Origin: an uncultured Mollicutes bacterium
GTDB lineage: Bacteria > Bacillota_I > Bacilli_A > RFN20 > CAG-826
Assembly (NCBI GenBank): GCA_900545015.1
Contig: UQXJ01000001.1
Location: forward strand, 38,477-102,476
Direction of reading: 5' to 3'
DNA: 64,000 nucleotides
The notes under the pieces are model-generated. The model saw only the letters and a program-made list of their open reading frames with translations. It was not told the origin of the DNA and made no database searches. Position 1 is the stretch's first letter, and each line of letters starts with the position of its first letter. This document shows positions 7,901 to 17,749 of this stretch, one piece after another. A program made the position numbers and the translations under genes.

Positions 7901-8636
7901 ACAAGTAAGTTTTATTTTCTTCGTGTGCTATGATTCTTTTAATATTAGCTCTATGTCTGAATATTAAAAGAGCACAACCTAATGTCATAAGAATAGGCAA
8001 ATATATAGAAATATGTGGTCCACATCCAAAGTACGTAAACCAATTTGCAACTTCGCTCAATCCAAAAGCATATAGCAAATAAACTATCCATGAATAAATA
8101 GCGATGATAATAGAGGTTATAATTGAAGCAAGTGAGACCATCTTAGTTTTCTTAACGATTGTAAACATAATCCCGCCAAACAATGGAAGTGCAGGCCAAA
8201 AGAAGCAAATTGAAGCACCACCATAAGTTGATACAATCTTTCCACCTTTAAATTTTAAAAATACACTATAAGCGTGGCCAATCATACATCCGCATGCAGT
8301 AAGATAATAAGTTAATTCAGATAACGTATTTCCAATTCCGAATGCATTTTCACTTTGATTTTCGCCAAGCATAAAGGTTTTTGCTTCATTACAATAAGTA
8401 AAAATTGAAAAAACAATATAAACTGGGATAATCATTTTTAATATATCAAGAAATATAGTAATAAGTCCGGCTTTTTTAGAAACAGTTCTAGCAACGTTTG
8501 TGCCGCCAGTATTTTTACTTCCAGCGTTTCGTGGATCTATTCCATAAAAACATTTTCCAATAATTACTCCGTTAGGAATACTGCCAAATAGATACCCTAA
8601 AGCAAGGCATCCTAATAAAATCAATGCTTTAATCAT
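7899..8636 (-). CDS. plsY: Glycerol-3-phosphate acyltransferase PlsY with an internal loop insertion
   Basis: GSIPNG...GSKNTGGTNVAR motif; start chosen at MIKALILLG (ORF track offers longer N-terminus to 8768 that looks non-coding). Confidence 0.75.
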   Translation of the reverse strand: MIKALILLGCLALGYLFGSIPNGVIIGKCFYGIDPRNAGSKNTGGTNVARTVSKKAGLITIFLDILKMIIPVYIVFSIFTYCNEAKTFMLGENQSENAFGIGNTLSELTYYLTACGCMIGHAYSVFLKFKGGKIVSTYGGASICFFWPALPLFGGIMFTIVKKTKMVSLASIITSIIIAIYSWIVYLLYAFGLSEVANWFTYFGCGPHISIYLPILMTLGCALLIFRHRANIKRIIAHEENKTYL

Positions 8637-8737
8637 ATGTGATAATTCTAATACATATCCTGTTTTACTTCCATTGTAATTAAATGTATTTTTGTCATTA
8701 AAAATGATAACTTTTTTGGTATAATAATAAACTAGGT

Positions 8738-10681
8738 ATGGAAAAAAACATGGAAAATTATAACGCAAGCAGTATCGAAATATTAAGCGGATTACAAGGT
8801 GTTAGAAAAAGACCTGCTATGTACATTGGCAGCACAAACACCAATGGTTTACACCATTTGGTTTGGGAAATTGTTGATAATGCAGTGGATGAAGCTTTAA
8901 ATGGATATGGAAACAAAATTACAATTACGCTTCACAAAGATGGCTCTTGTTCTGTTCTAGATGAAGGAAGAGGTATTCCTTGTGATTTACATAAAGCAAC
9001 AGGTATGCCTGCTGTTCAACTTATTTTTTCAACATTACATAGTGGTGGAAAATTTAATGATGGTGCATATAAATCAAGTGCCGGCTTACATGGTGTTGGT
9101 AGTAGTGTCACAAATGCTTTAAGTGTTTTTTGTGATATCACTGTTTTCAGAAACAATAAAATTCATCATTTGAGATTCGAAAATGGTGGAAATTTAACAA
9201 CTCCTTTAGAAATTTTAGGGAATACTATTAAGCACGGAACATTAGTTACTTTTAAACCTGACCCTAAGATTTTTTCTACAGTCGATTTCAACTTTGATAA
9301 AATTGCTACACACTTACAAGAAAGTGCATTCTTATTAAAAAAGGTTCATTTTATTTTAATCGATGAAAGAAATGGCGATAAAGAAGATTTCTATTATGAA
9401 AACGGTTTAAAAGAATATGTTGAAGAATTAAATCAAAATAAAAATGCTTTAGGTCCTGTCATTGATTTTTCAGGTGAAGACAATGGAATTACCTCTGAAA
9501 TAGCTATTCAATATTGTTATGATGACTATAACGAAACTATTAGAAGTTATGTTAATAACGTTCATACAGCTGATGGCGGAACACATGAGGCTGGTTTTAG
9601 AACCGGAATTACAAAAGCGGTAAATGATTATGCAGAAGACAATAACCTTTTAAGAGGCAAAACGAAACTCGAAGGAAATGACATTCGTGAAGGACTTACA
9701 GCGATAATTTCCTTAAGACTTCCTGAATCAATTCTTGAGTTTGAAGGACAAACAAAAGGAAAATTAGGAACTCAACAAGCTTTAAGTGTTGTTTCAAACC
9801 TTGTTTATACCAAATTCACCTATTATTTAAATGAAAATAAAGAGTTCGCAGTACGTTTAATCAAGAAATGTATTGATTCTATGAATGCTAGATTAGCAGC
9901 TAGAAAAGCAAAGGATGAAGCAAGATCAAAGAAAAAACCTAAAGAGCAAATTATTTTAAGCGATAAATTAACACCTGCTCAAAGTAAAGAATACGATAAA
10001 AATGAGCTTTTCATAGTTGAAGGTGATTCAGCTGGAGGCACAGCAAAAAAAGGTAGAAATCCAAAATACCAAGCTATTTTGCCTTTAAGAGGAAAACCAC
10101 TTAATACTGATAGTTTAACAATGGATAAAATTATGCAAAACACTGAATTCGCAACTATCATTAACACAATCGGAGCAGGAGTTGGACAAAACTTTGATGT
10201 AACTGAGTCGCATTATGGGAAAATTATCATTATGACCGATGCTGATACTGATGGTGCACATATTCAAACTTTATTATTAACATTTTTCTACAATTATATG
10301 CGTTCGTTAATAACAGAAGGAAAAGTATTTGTTGCTGTTCCACCTTTATATCATGTTATAAAAGAAGATAGCAAAGGTAAAAAAGTTGAAGCATATGCCT
10401 GGGATGACAAAACTTTAGAAGAAGCTAAGAAAAAAGTTGGAGCTGGCTATAAAGTTTCTCGTTATAAAGGTTTAGGTGAAATGAGTGATAAGCAGTTAAA
10501 GGAAACAACAATGGATCCTGCAAATAGGCTTTTAATCCAAGTTTCAATCGATGATCCTTTAAGCGTTGAAAATAAAGTAGCTATCTTAATGGGCAAAGAT
10601 GCCGATAAGAGAAAAAAATGGTTAGAAAAAAACGTAGATTTTAACGAAGTTGATAATTTCATTGAGGAGGTTAAACACTAA
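8738..10681 (+). CDS. gyrB: DNA gyrase subunit B
   Basis: GHKL ATPase motifs, TOPRIM EGDSAGG, PLRGK, 647 aa; alternative start at 8750 (MENYNAS). Confidence 0.95.
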   Translation: MEKNMENYNASSIEILSGLQGVRKRPAMYIGSTNTNGLHHLVWEIVDNAVDEALNGYGNKITITLHKDGSCSVLDEGRGIPCDLHKATGMPAVQLIFSTLHSGGKFNDGAYKSSAGLHGVGSSVTNALSVFCDITVFRNNKIHHLRFENGGNLTTPLEILGNTIKHGTLVTFKPDPKIFSTVDFNFDKIATHLQESAFLLKKVHFILIDERNGDKEDFYYENGLKEYVEELNQNKNALGPVIDFSGEDNGITSEIAIQYCYDDYNETIRSYVNNVHTADGGTHEAGFRTGITKAVNDYAEDNNLLRGKTKLEGNDIREGLTAIISLRLPESILEFEGQTKGKLGTQQALSVVSNLVYTKFTYYLNENKEFAVRLIKKCIDSMNARLAARKAKDEARSKKKPKEQIILSDKLTPAQSKEYDKNELFIVEGDSAGGTAKKGRNPKYQAILPLRGKPLNTDSLTMDKIMQNTEFATIINTIGAGVGQNFDVTESHYGKIIIMTDADTDGAHIQTLLLTFFYNYMRSLITEGKVFVAVPPLYHVIKEDSKGKKVEAYAWDDKTLEEAKKKVGAGYKVSRYKGLGEMSDKQLKETTMDPANRLLIQVSIDDPLSVENKVAILMGKDADKRKKWLEKNVDFNEVDNFIEEVKH

Positions 10682-10683
10682 TT

Positions 10684-13338
10684 ATGGCAAAAAAAGTAAT
10701 TACAGAAGCTGAACCAATACAAGAAAATATTAGTATTGAATCTCTTGATGGAGTCATGGGGGATAGATATGCGATTTATGCAAAATATGTCATTCAAGAT
10801 CGTGCTATACCTGACGTTAGAGACGGCTTAAAGCCAGTTCAAAGAAGAATAATTTATAGTATGTACCAAAATGGTAATACTTATAATAAACCAACAAAAA
10901 AATGTGCAAAGATTGTCGGTGATGTTATGGGTAGATTCCATCCTCACGGTGACTTATCAATTTACGAAGCTCTCGTTAGACTTTCACAGCCTTGGAAAAT
11001 GTCTATGCCTTTAATAGGATTCCAAGGAAATAATGGTTCTATTGATAACGATCCTGCAGCTGCATATCGTTATACTGAAGCTCGTTTAAATCAATTTAGT
11101 GAAAATTTAATCAGTGATATCGATAAAAATACAGTAGACATGACTTTAAACTTTGATGATACTGAATTTGAACCTGTAGTACTCCCTTGTCGTTTTCCAA
11201 ATTTATTCGTAAATGGTAGTGATGGCATCGCAGTTGCAATTGCTACTCAAATACCACCTCATAATTTGCAAGAAATGTGTGATGCTGCAATTTATAGAAT
11301 TCAAAATCCAAATTGTAGTCTTGATGAATTATTAGAAATTGTTCAAGGACCTGATTTTCCTACTGGAGGAACAATTTATAAGACTAGTGGAATCAGAGAT
11401 ATCTATGAGACCGGAAGAGGAAAAGTCGAAATTGCTAGTAAATTAACAATCGACACTTCTAATAAAAACTTTAACGAAATTAAAATTACTGAAATTCCTT
11501 ATGGAGTCGTTAAGCAAGCTCTTGTTTTTTCTATTGATAAAATTAAAAAGAATAGAGAAATTGATGGAATTAATGAAGTAAAAGACTTATCAAGTGGTGA
11601 TAATATTGATATCGTTATCGAACTCAAAAAAGAAGTTGATCCTGAAATTGTTATTGCTTATTTAATGAATAAGACTCAATTAAAGGTAAGCTATTCAGCA
11701 AATATTGTTGCAATATGTAGTAAACACCCAGAAACTTTATCATTAATTAGCTACCTTGATAAATATATTGAATATCAAGAAGAAGTCATTACAAGAAGAA
11801 GTAAGTTTGAATTAAAGAAAGCTGAAGATAGACTTCACATTGTTGAAGGACTTATAAAAGCTCAAAGCATTATTAATGAAATTATTGCTATAATTAGAAA
11901 AAGCAAGGATAAAGCAGAATCTAAAGTAAACTTAATGAAAGCTTATGATTTTACTGAACCTCAAACTGAAGCTATTGTCACAATGCGTTTATATAGACTT
12001 TCAAATACTGATGTTAAAATCTATATGGATGAAAAAGCAAGTCTTGAAACTCAAATTAAAGAGTTAAAGGAAATTTTATCCAGTAAAAACAAATTAAACA
12101 AAATAATCGTTCGTGATTTAAAAGAAATTGTTAAAACATATGGAATTCCTAGAAGAACTTTAATTGAAGAAAAGAAAGAAGAAATTCAAATTGATAAACG
12201 TGATTTAATTGCAAAAGAAGATACTTATGTAGTAATTACTAAAGATGGCTACATAAAACGTAGCTCTTTAAGAAGTTTTAAATCTTCAAACGGCGATTTA
12301 CCAGGAGTAAAAGAAAAAGATTCAATTGTAATGCAACAAATTTGTAATACAGTTGATTTCGTACTTTGCTTTACAAGCAAAGGTAACTATATAATTCTTC
12401 CAGTTCATGAAATTCTTGAAAATAAATGGAAAGATGAAGGCAAACACATAAACTATCTTTGCAATCTTCCACTTGATGAATACATTGTTAAATGTATTGT
12501 GGTTAAGGATTTCGATGTAGGTATTTCTATAGCTACAGTAAGCAAAAACGGTCAAGTTAAGAAAACAAAACTTAATGAATTTTTCTCAACAAGAACTAAT
12601 AAGCCAATTCAATGTATGCGTTTATTAAAGGATGATGAAGTCGTTGATGTTGCAGTTCTTAAAGGAAATAGCAATATGCTCATTTTAACTAAATCCGGAA
12701 AAGCAACATACTTTAATGAAAATGATATTCAATGCACAGGTTTAAGAACAAGTGGTGTTAAATGTATTGCTACATTAAGCGATAGTACAATTGAATCTAT
12801 GTTAGCTTATTCTTCAAGTGAAAGAACTAAGATTTTATTTATAACAAATAAAGGTATGTATAAAATTCTTGATTCTAACAACTTAACTTTACGTTCTAGA
12901 TTAGAAAAATCAGATTATTTATTAAAATCATTTAAGAGTGATATTCATGAACTAATCTATACTACAAAAGTATTGAATAGTGCAAATGATGGACAATATT
13001 ATCTTTTATTAAACGACGGAAAAGTAATTAACTATAAGCTTGATAATTTCCATTTAACACCATCAGACAAATATTGCAAAAAGAATATTGATGCTTTGCC
13101 TAACGGAAGTGAAATATTATCTGTATACAATTTCGATGTAGAAGTAATTGACAAAAACACTAAAGTAGAAAAAGTTATAAAAGCACCAACAACTAGTTTC
13201 TTTGATAACGATGACAAAAAAACTACTAAAGAAGTAAAAGTAATAACTATTGATTCTAAAAATGACGATAAAAAAACTGCTAGTAATGACACAAGCAGAA
13301 TTGAGCAAATATCAATTTTTGATGATATGGGTGATTAA
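10684..13338 (+). CDS. gyrA: DNA gyrase subunit A with acidic/Lys-rich C-terminal extension
   Basis: Active-site region AAAYRYTEARL (Tyr), QRRIIYSM, C-terminal beta-pinwheel repeats; 884 aa. Confidence 0.95.
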   Translation: MAKKVITEAEPIQENISIESLDGVMGDRYAIYAKYVIQDRAIPDVRDGLKPVQRRIIYSMYQNGNTYNKPTKKCAKIVGDVMGRFHPHGDLSIYEALVRLSQPWKMSMPLIGFQGNNGSIDNDPAAAYRYTEARLNQFSENLISDIDKNTVDMTLNFDDTEFEPVVLPCRFPNLFVNGSDGIAVAIATQIPPHNLQEMCDAAIYRIQNPNCSLDELLEIVQGPDFPTGGTIYKTSGIRDIYETGRGKVEIASKLTIDTSNKNFNEIKITEIPYGVVKQALVFSIDKIKKNREIDGINEVKDLSSGDNIDIVIELKKEVDPEIVIAYLMNKTQLKVSYSANIVAICSKHPETLSLISYLDKYIEYQEEVITRRSKFELKKAEDRLHIVEGLIKAQSIINEIIAIIRKSKDKAESKVNLMKAYDFTEPQTEAIVTMRLYRLSNTDVKIYMDEKASLETQIKELKEILSSKNKLNKIIVRDLKEIVKTYGIPRRTLIEEKKEEIQIDKRDLIAKEDTYVVITKDGYIKRSSLRSFKSSNGDLPGVKEKDSIVMQQICNTVDFVLCFTSKGNYIILPVHEILENKWKDEGKHINYLCNLPLDEYIVKCIVVKDFDVGISIATVSKNGQVKKTKLNEFFSTRTNKPIQCMRLLKDDEVVDVAVLKGNSNMLILTKSGKATYFNENDIQCTGLRTSGVKCIATLSDSTIESMLAYSSSERTKILFITNKGMYKILDSNNLTLRSRLEKSDYLLKSFKSDIHELIYTTKVLNSANDGQYYLLLNDGKVINYKLDNFHLTPSDKYCKKNIDALPNGSEILSVYNFDVEVIDKNTKVEKVIKAPTTSFFDNDDKKTTKEVKVITIDSKNDDKKTASNDTSRIEQISIFDDMGD

Positions 13339-13586
13339 CGGAAAAAAGAAATAATCGTTATGATGAGTATGCAAACAATTGCTACACATGAATACCAAAA
13401 TGCATGTGTCATTTCGATTGATTCTCGTTTATAAGTTAAAATAATGGCAGGTGTTAAAAATACAAAGCCAATAAATGACATAAAAAGTGATATTCCGCAT
13501 CCAATTGTTGCAAGAATCATTGCTATTGTTGTTGAGTTCTTATTATTAAAATTATCCATACGTAAATTATACGTATTACTCATCAA
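13335..13586 (-). CDS. Hypothetical small membrane protein (2 predicted TM helices)
   Basis: 83-aa ORF with two hydrophobic segments; no recognisable family. Confidence 0.4.
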   Translation of the reverse strand: MMSNTYNLRMDNFNNKNSTTIAMILATIGCGISLFMSFIGFVFLTPAIILTYKRESIEMTHAFWYSCVAIVCILIITIISFFR

Positions 13587-13614
13587 ATTTTAAATAAAAA
13601 CTATAAAAAATAAA

Positions 13615-13660
13615 TTTTAGTAGAAAACTAGTAGATTTCTAGTATTAAATTAGTAGGTAC
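13615..13660. repeat. Tandem 11-bp repeat array (inverted orientation: TAGTAGAAAACTAGTAGATTTCTAGTATTAAATTAGTAGGT) in divergent promoter immediately upstream of yqeG
   Basis: Reverse complement reads ACCTACTAATT TAATACTAGAA ATCTACTAGTT TTCTACTAAAA, same architecture as array at 7857. Confidence 0.7.
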
Positions 13661-13665
13661 ATTTC

Positions 13666-14187
13666 ATGCTTAAAATATTCAAACCATACGTCTCAGCAAA
13701 AAACGTTTATGAAATTGATATAAATTTCTTTATAAAGAACAATATAAAATATGTTATTTGTGACTTAGACAATACATTAGAAGCTTTCTACACTAAGCAG
13801 CCTTCCGAACAAGCTCATAAATTATTTAATGACTTCAAGAAAGCTGGCATTAAGTTTTATATAGTATCAAACAACAAAATGAAGCGAGTAAAAGAATATG
13901 CTGATATGCTTGGATGTGAATATATATCAGAAGCAAGAAAGCCACTAAAAAATAAAACAAAGAAGTTTATAAATTTAAACAAAATTATTACTGAACAATG
14001 TATAATAATAGGTGATCAAGTATTAACTGATATCGTTCTAGCAAATCGATTAAAAATTAAGAGCATATTATGTGAGAATTTGGTTGAAAAAGATCAATTA
14101 TGTACAAAGATTAATAAATTTTTTGATAAGAACATCAGAAAGAAGTTAATCAAAAAGGGCGAATTGATTAATTGGAGGTCAGTGTAA
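13666..14187 (+). CDS. yqeG: YqeG-family HAD phosphatase (HAD-IIIA)
   Basis: DLDNT motif I, VSNN motif, GDQVLTD motif III-like; first gene of yqeG-yqeH-yhbY-yqeK block. Confidence 0.8.
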   Translation: MLKIFKPYVSAKNVYEIDINFFIKNNIKYVICDLDNTLEAFYTKQPSEQAHKLFNDFKKAGIKFYIVSNNKMKRVKEYADMLGCEYISEARKPLKNKTKKFINLNKIITEQCIIIGDQVLTDIVLANRLKIKSILCENLVEKDQLCTKINKFFDKNIRKKLIKKGELINWRSV

Positions 14188-15329
14188 TGGCAAATTTAAA
14201 CAAACTTCAAAGATGTTATCATTGCGGAGCTTTATTGCAAATAGAAGATAAAAATAAAGAAGGTTACATCAATCCTGAAATTATTCAACAATATCCAGAA
14301 GGATTATTACTATGTAATCACTGTTATTCTACTGAGAAATTTGCGAATGCACCGAGAGAAGCTTTTTTCGATAGTGAATATACAAAAATATTAGAGCAAA
14401 TCAAAAAAGAAAATGCTTTAGTAGTTTATGTTATTGATTTATTTTCTTTCGAAGGTTCGTTCATCAACAAAATTATTCAACTTTTAAAAGATGTTAACGT
14501 ATTAGTAGTAGCTAATAAGCGTGATCTTCTTCCTAAAAAAGCATCAGATAGTGAATTAAAGGAATATGTCTCACATAGATTACGTTTAGCCCACTTTAAT
14601 GTTGTCGATGTTGTGATTACTTCAACAAATAATGGTGGATATAACATCGATAAAATGTATGAATCTTTTAAAAAATATGCAGTTAATAAAAATATTTACG
14701 TTGTTGGCGCAAGCGTAAGTGGCAAAAGTACTTTAATTAGTGAATTATTGAAAAAATATTCAAATCAAACCAACAAATTAATTGTTACACATACATTTGA
14801 AGGAACGAATTTAAGAGGTTTAATGATTCCGATTATAGGAAATCATTATATTTACGAAACTCCAGGAACATCTATTGATAACTCATTGATTTCTAAAGTT
14901 GAAAGAAGTGTTATTAATAGCATTATGCCTAAAAAAGAGGTTGCAGCACGTAAATTTGTATTAGGTAAGGACTCAATGGTTGTATTCGGATCAATTTGCG
15001 GAATTGAATTACTTTCAAATGAAAAAACTGTCATACAAGCATACGCTTCTGACAAAGTTGATGTTAAATTGCATAAAGGTAATTCTTATAAATTTATGCA
15101 AAATTTATTAAAGAAGAAAACAATTAAGCCTTCTAGTGATAATTTTAACGATTTAAAAGATTATGATATCTATGAATTGGATATTAATGAAGAAGGAAAG
15201 AGAGACTTAGGAGTCTTAGGCTTAGGCTGGATTAACTTCGAAGGAAAGAAACAAAAATTTAGAATTTATATACCGAAAGGAGTATACGTGTATACAACAC
15301 GTAGCAAAGTAAAATATGTTAACAAATAG
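14187..15329 (+). CDS. yqeH: Ribosome biogenesis GTPase YqeH (circularly permuted GTPase with N-terminal Zn finger)
   Basis: CYHCG...CNHC zinc finger, NKRDLL (G4) before GASVSGKST (G1); start set at ATG 14187 after GGAGGT RBS (TAATG overlap with yqeG stop). Confidence 0.85.
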   Translation: MANLNKLQRCYHCGALLQIEDKNKEGYINPEIIQQYPEGLLLCNHCYSTEKFANAPREAFFDSEYTKILEQIKKENALVVYVIDLFSFEGSFINKIIQLLKDVNVLVVANKRDLLPKKASDSELKEYVSHRLRLAHFNVVDVVITSTNNGGYNIDKMYESFKKYAVNKNIYVVGASVSGKSTLISELLKKYSNQTNKLIVTHTFEGTNLRGLMIPIIGNHYIYETPGTSIDNSLISKVERSVINSIMPKKEVAARKFVLGKDSMVVFGSICGIELLSNEKTVIQAYASDKVDVKLHKGNSYKFMQNLLKKKTIKPSSDNFNDLKDYDIYELDINEEGKRDLGVLGLGWINFEGKKQKFRIYIPKGVYVYTTRSKVKYVNK

Positions 15330-15621
15330 TCAAAAAACATTGCTCAAAAAATTTGCTCATCAAAATGAGATTGTAAAAATAAACATTGGAAAAGAGACAG
15401 TTGATAATGCAACCATCCAAAACATTAACAATTGTTTCAATACACACGAATTAGTAAAAATTGCTTTTTTAAAAAGTTGTTTGGATCAAAAGTCTAAGCA
15501 AGAAGTTATCTTAGATTTAATGAGCAAAATGAAAGATTGCGAATTAGTTCAATCTATTGGAAACACAATCATTCTTTATAAGCAAAATACTAAATTACAA
15601 GATCATATCGTTTTGAAATAA
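15316..15621 (+). CDS. yhbY: YhbY/CRS1 (CRM domain) RNA-binding protein
   Basis: About 100 aa; KINIGKETVDNATIQNIN...LVKI pattern of CRM domain; synteny. Confidence 0.8.
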   Translation: MLTNSQKTLLKKFAHQNEIVKINIGKETVDNATIQNINNCFNTHELVKIAFLKSCLDQKSKQEVILDLMSKMKDCELVQSIGNTIILYKQNTKLQDHIVLK

Positions 15622-15623
15622 AT

Positions 15624-16253
15624 ATGATTTTAGAAAAGTCACAAATAGAAAAATATTTTAATTTAAATAAATCAGGAGTATATGAACCTTCTGATTTATT
15701 TATTTTTAAATTAAAAAAGCACATTTTTAGTGAAAAAAGATTTAATCATTCACTAAGCGTTGGAAAACTTTGCTACGATGTCGCTCTATCGAATAATTTA
15801 GATAATCCTTTAGATTATTATTTTTTAGGATTAGTGCACGATATAGCAAAGGAACTTCCAAAAAATGTTGCGTTCGACATGATGGATAAATATTTTAAGC
15901 CATTTATCAATTTTCCTTTTCCAACATATCATGCATTTTTAGGTCAAATATTAGTTATTGAAGAGTTTTCGCTATGCAATAAAGATCTTCTAGACGCAAT
16001 TAAATATCATTGCACAGGAAACTCTGGTTTAACATCATATGGGATGATTGTATATGCTTGCGATAAAATTGATCCTCTTCGTGATTATGATAGTTCAAAT
16101 TTAATTTCAGCAATGAAAGAAGATTATATAAAAGGCTTCAAAAAAGTGCTTAAAGAAAATATCCTATTTTTAAAACAAGAATCAAGTTTAAAAAATAATA
16201 ATTTTTATCTTAATAAATATACAGAAGCTTGTATAAAAGAGTATTTAATGTAA
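15624..16253 (+). CDS. yqeK: HD-domain protein YqeK (bis(5'-nucleosyl)-tetraphosphatase family)
   Basis: H...HD motif (LGLVHDIAKE), size 209 aa, synteny; note nadD absent upstream. Confidence 0.8.
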   Translation: MILEKSQIEKYFNLNKSGVYEPSDLFIFKLKKHIFSEKRFNHSLSVGKLCYDVALSNNLDNPLDYYFLGLVHDIAKELPKNVAFDMMDKYFKPFINFPFPTYHAFLGQILVIEEFSLCNKDLLDAIKYHCTGNSGLTSYGMIVYACDKIDPLRDYDSSNLISAMKEDYIKGFKKVLKENILFLKQESSLKNNNFYLNKYTEACIKEYLM

Positions 16254-16310
16254 TTTAAAGCACTTCGTATAATAATTATTATGTTAAATTAACTAAATAC
16301 TATTCTGATT

Positions 16311-16355
16311 TATCTACTAATAATCTACTAAATTTATACTAATTTATTACTAAAA
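16311..16355. repeat. Tandem 11-bp repeat array (TTATCTACTAA TAATCTACTAA ATTTATACTAA TTTATTACTAA) abutting stop of 190-aa gene
   Basis: Seen directly. Confidence 0.65.
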
Positions 16356-16928
16356 TTATGCTTTTGCAATTTTTTTGTTTGAATAATCCTCTGCACAGCA
16401 ATAATATGTGTTGTTTTCTCGTAGTGAATTTAAAATAGTTAATAATGCTTCTAGAATCATAAAATATTTAGATTTTTCAAGCATGCCAATACATTTTACA
16501 TTCTTTAAATTCTTTTCTTTATTTAATTTAAATCTTGATTTAGATACATATCTTATGCCTTTTAAATAAGCAAATACTTTATTTTCAAATCCTAGGCAAG
16601 GAACGAAGCCAATATCCATTGAAAACTTATTTGCTGCTTCTTTTTCAGTTAGTAACCTACAAACAAGTACTTTATTATCATACTTATAACTTGTTTCCAT
16701 AATTACACAGTATCCATGTTCTTCTTCTTTTGAAAAAGGATTTACTCCTACTACATATTCATACACCTCGCCTCTTTCAAACGCTCTTGAATCCATATTA
16801 AACAATAGTTTTGAATCACGAGTAAATTCACTACTTCCCCATTCAAATTCTCTTTCTAGCTCTTCGTTTTTTACCGATTTAACGAAGTAAACGTTATTTT
16901 TATTTTCTTCCATAAAATTCCCTTTCAT
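16356..16928 (-). CDS. Hypothetical cytoplasmic protein, terminal gene of ABC transporter operon
   Basis: 190-aa ORF, no Walker motifs, no recognisable family. Confidence 0.45.
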   Translation of the reverse strand: MKGNFMEENKNNVYFVKSVKNEELEREFEWGSSEFTRDSKLLFNMDSRAFERGEVYEYVVGVNPFSKEEEHGYCVIMETSYKYDNKVLVCRLLTEKEAANKFSMDIGFVPCLGFENKVFAYLKGIRYVSKSRFKLNKEKNLKNVKCIGMLEKSKYFMILEALLTILNSLRENNTYYCCAEDYSNKKIAKA

Positions 16929-16971
16929 ATAAGTACGACGTAGAGAATTTTATTTTTTTAAAAAAATTAAT

Positions 16972-17745
16972 CTATTTTTTAAAAAACTTTTTAATAAGTG
17001 AAATTAGGACATCTATAAAAAGGAAAATTAATGCTGCTAAGATTGTTGTTGCAATTAAATAATCATATTTAGCATCAAGCCTATATACATAAATCAATCT
17101 TCCTATTCCCCATAAATTATCTGTAGACATTAAAATTTCACTAACAATAGATACTTTTACACCCAAAGATAGTGAATTTGCGAGTCCTAGAGCAACATAT
17201 GGAGATGTTTGTGGAAGTAATACCTTAAATACACATTTTAACTTAAAGTAGCCTTCTAATCGTAAACTCATTTTAATAAATGGATCTACTTCTATTATTC
17301 CTTTTAGCATCGACTCATAAATAATAGGGAAAACAACAATAAAAGTAATAATGAGCGAACCTACGTTAGGGCTCTTTAAGAAGAAAACTAAAATCAAAAA
17401 TACAATACACGGAGTAGGAATAAGTTTTATGAAGCCTATGATTGGCTTTAAATAATGCCTTAATCCTTCAAATAAGCCTGATAGGAGGCCTAAAACAGTT
17501 CCAATTATAAAAGATATAATAATAGCAAAAATCGTTCTTAAAAGAGTCTCTCTAAAGGCTAGATAGACTTCTTTCATTGATAATAAATCAAAACACGCTA
17601 AAAAAATTCTTCCAAGCCCAGGTACAATTTCTTGATTATTATAAATAATTGCAAAAAATTCCCAAATTAAAAGCAAAGATACAACACCTAGTATTTCAAA
17701 AATTTGTTTTTTAAATCTAAGAAAAGTATTCTTTGCTTTGCTCAT
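16972..17745 (-). CDS. ABC transporter permease (NitT/TauT-type BPD inner-membrane component)
   Basis: 6 TM segments, TauC/SsuC-like conserved loop region (LKPIIGFIKLIPTPCIVFLILVFF). Confidence 0.75.
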   Translation of the reverse strand: MSKAKNTFLRFKKQIFEILGVVSLLLIWEFFAIIYNNQEIVPGLGRIFLACFDLLSMKEVYLAFRETLLRTIFAIIISFIIGTVLGLLSGLFEGLRHYLKPIIGFIKLIPTPCIVFLILVFFLKSPNVGSLIITFIVVFPIIYESMLKGIIEVDPFIKMSLRLEGYFKLKCVFKVLLPQTSPYVALGLANSLSLGVKVSIVSEILMSTDNLWGIGRLIYVYRLDAKYDYLIATTILAALIFLFIDVLISLIKKFFKK

Positions 17746-17749
17746 ATCA

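Noticed and set aside
8637-8768. N-terminal 44-aa extension of plsY ORF overlapping gyrB start
   Set aside because: Sequence MRYNFPCFFPYLVYYYTKK... is not PlsY-like and overlaps the gyrB promoter/start; the conserved PlsY begins at MIKALILLG
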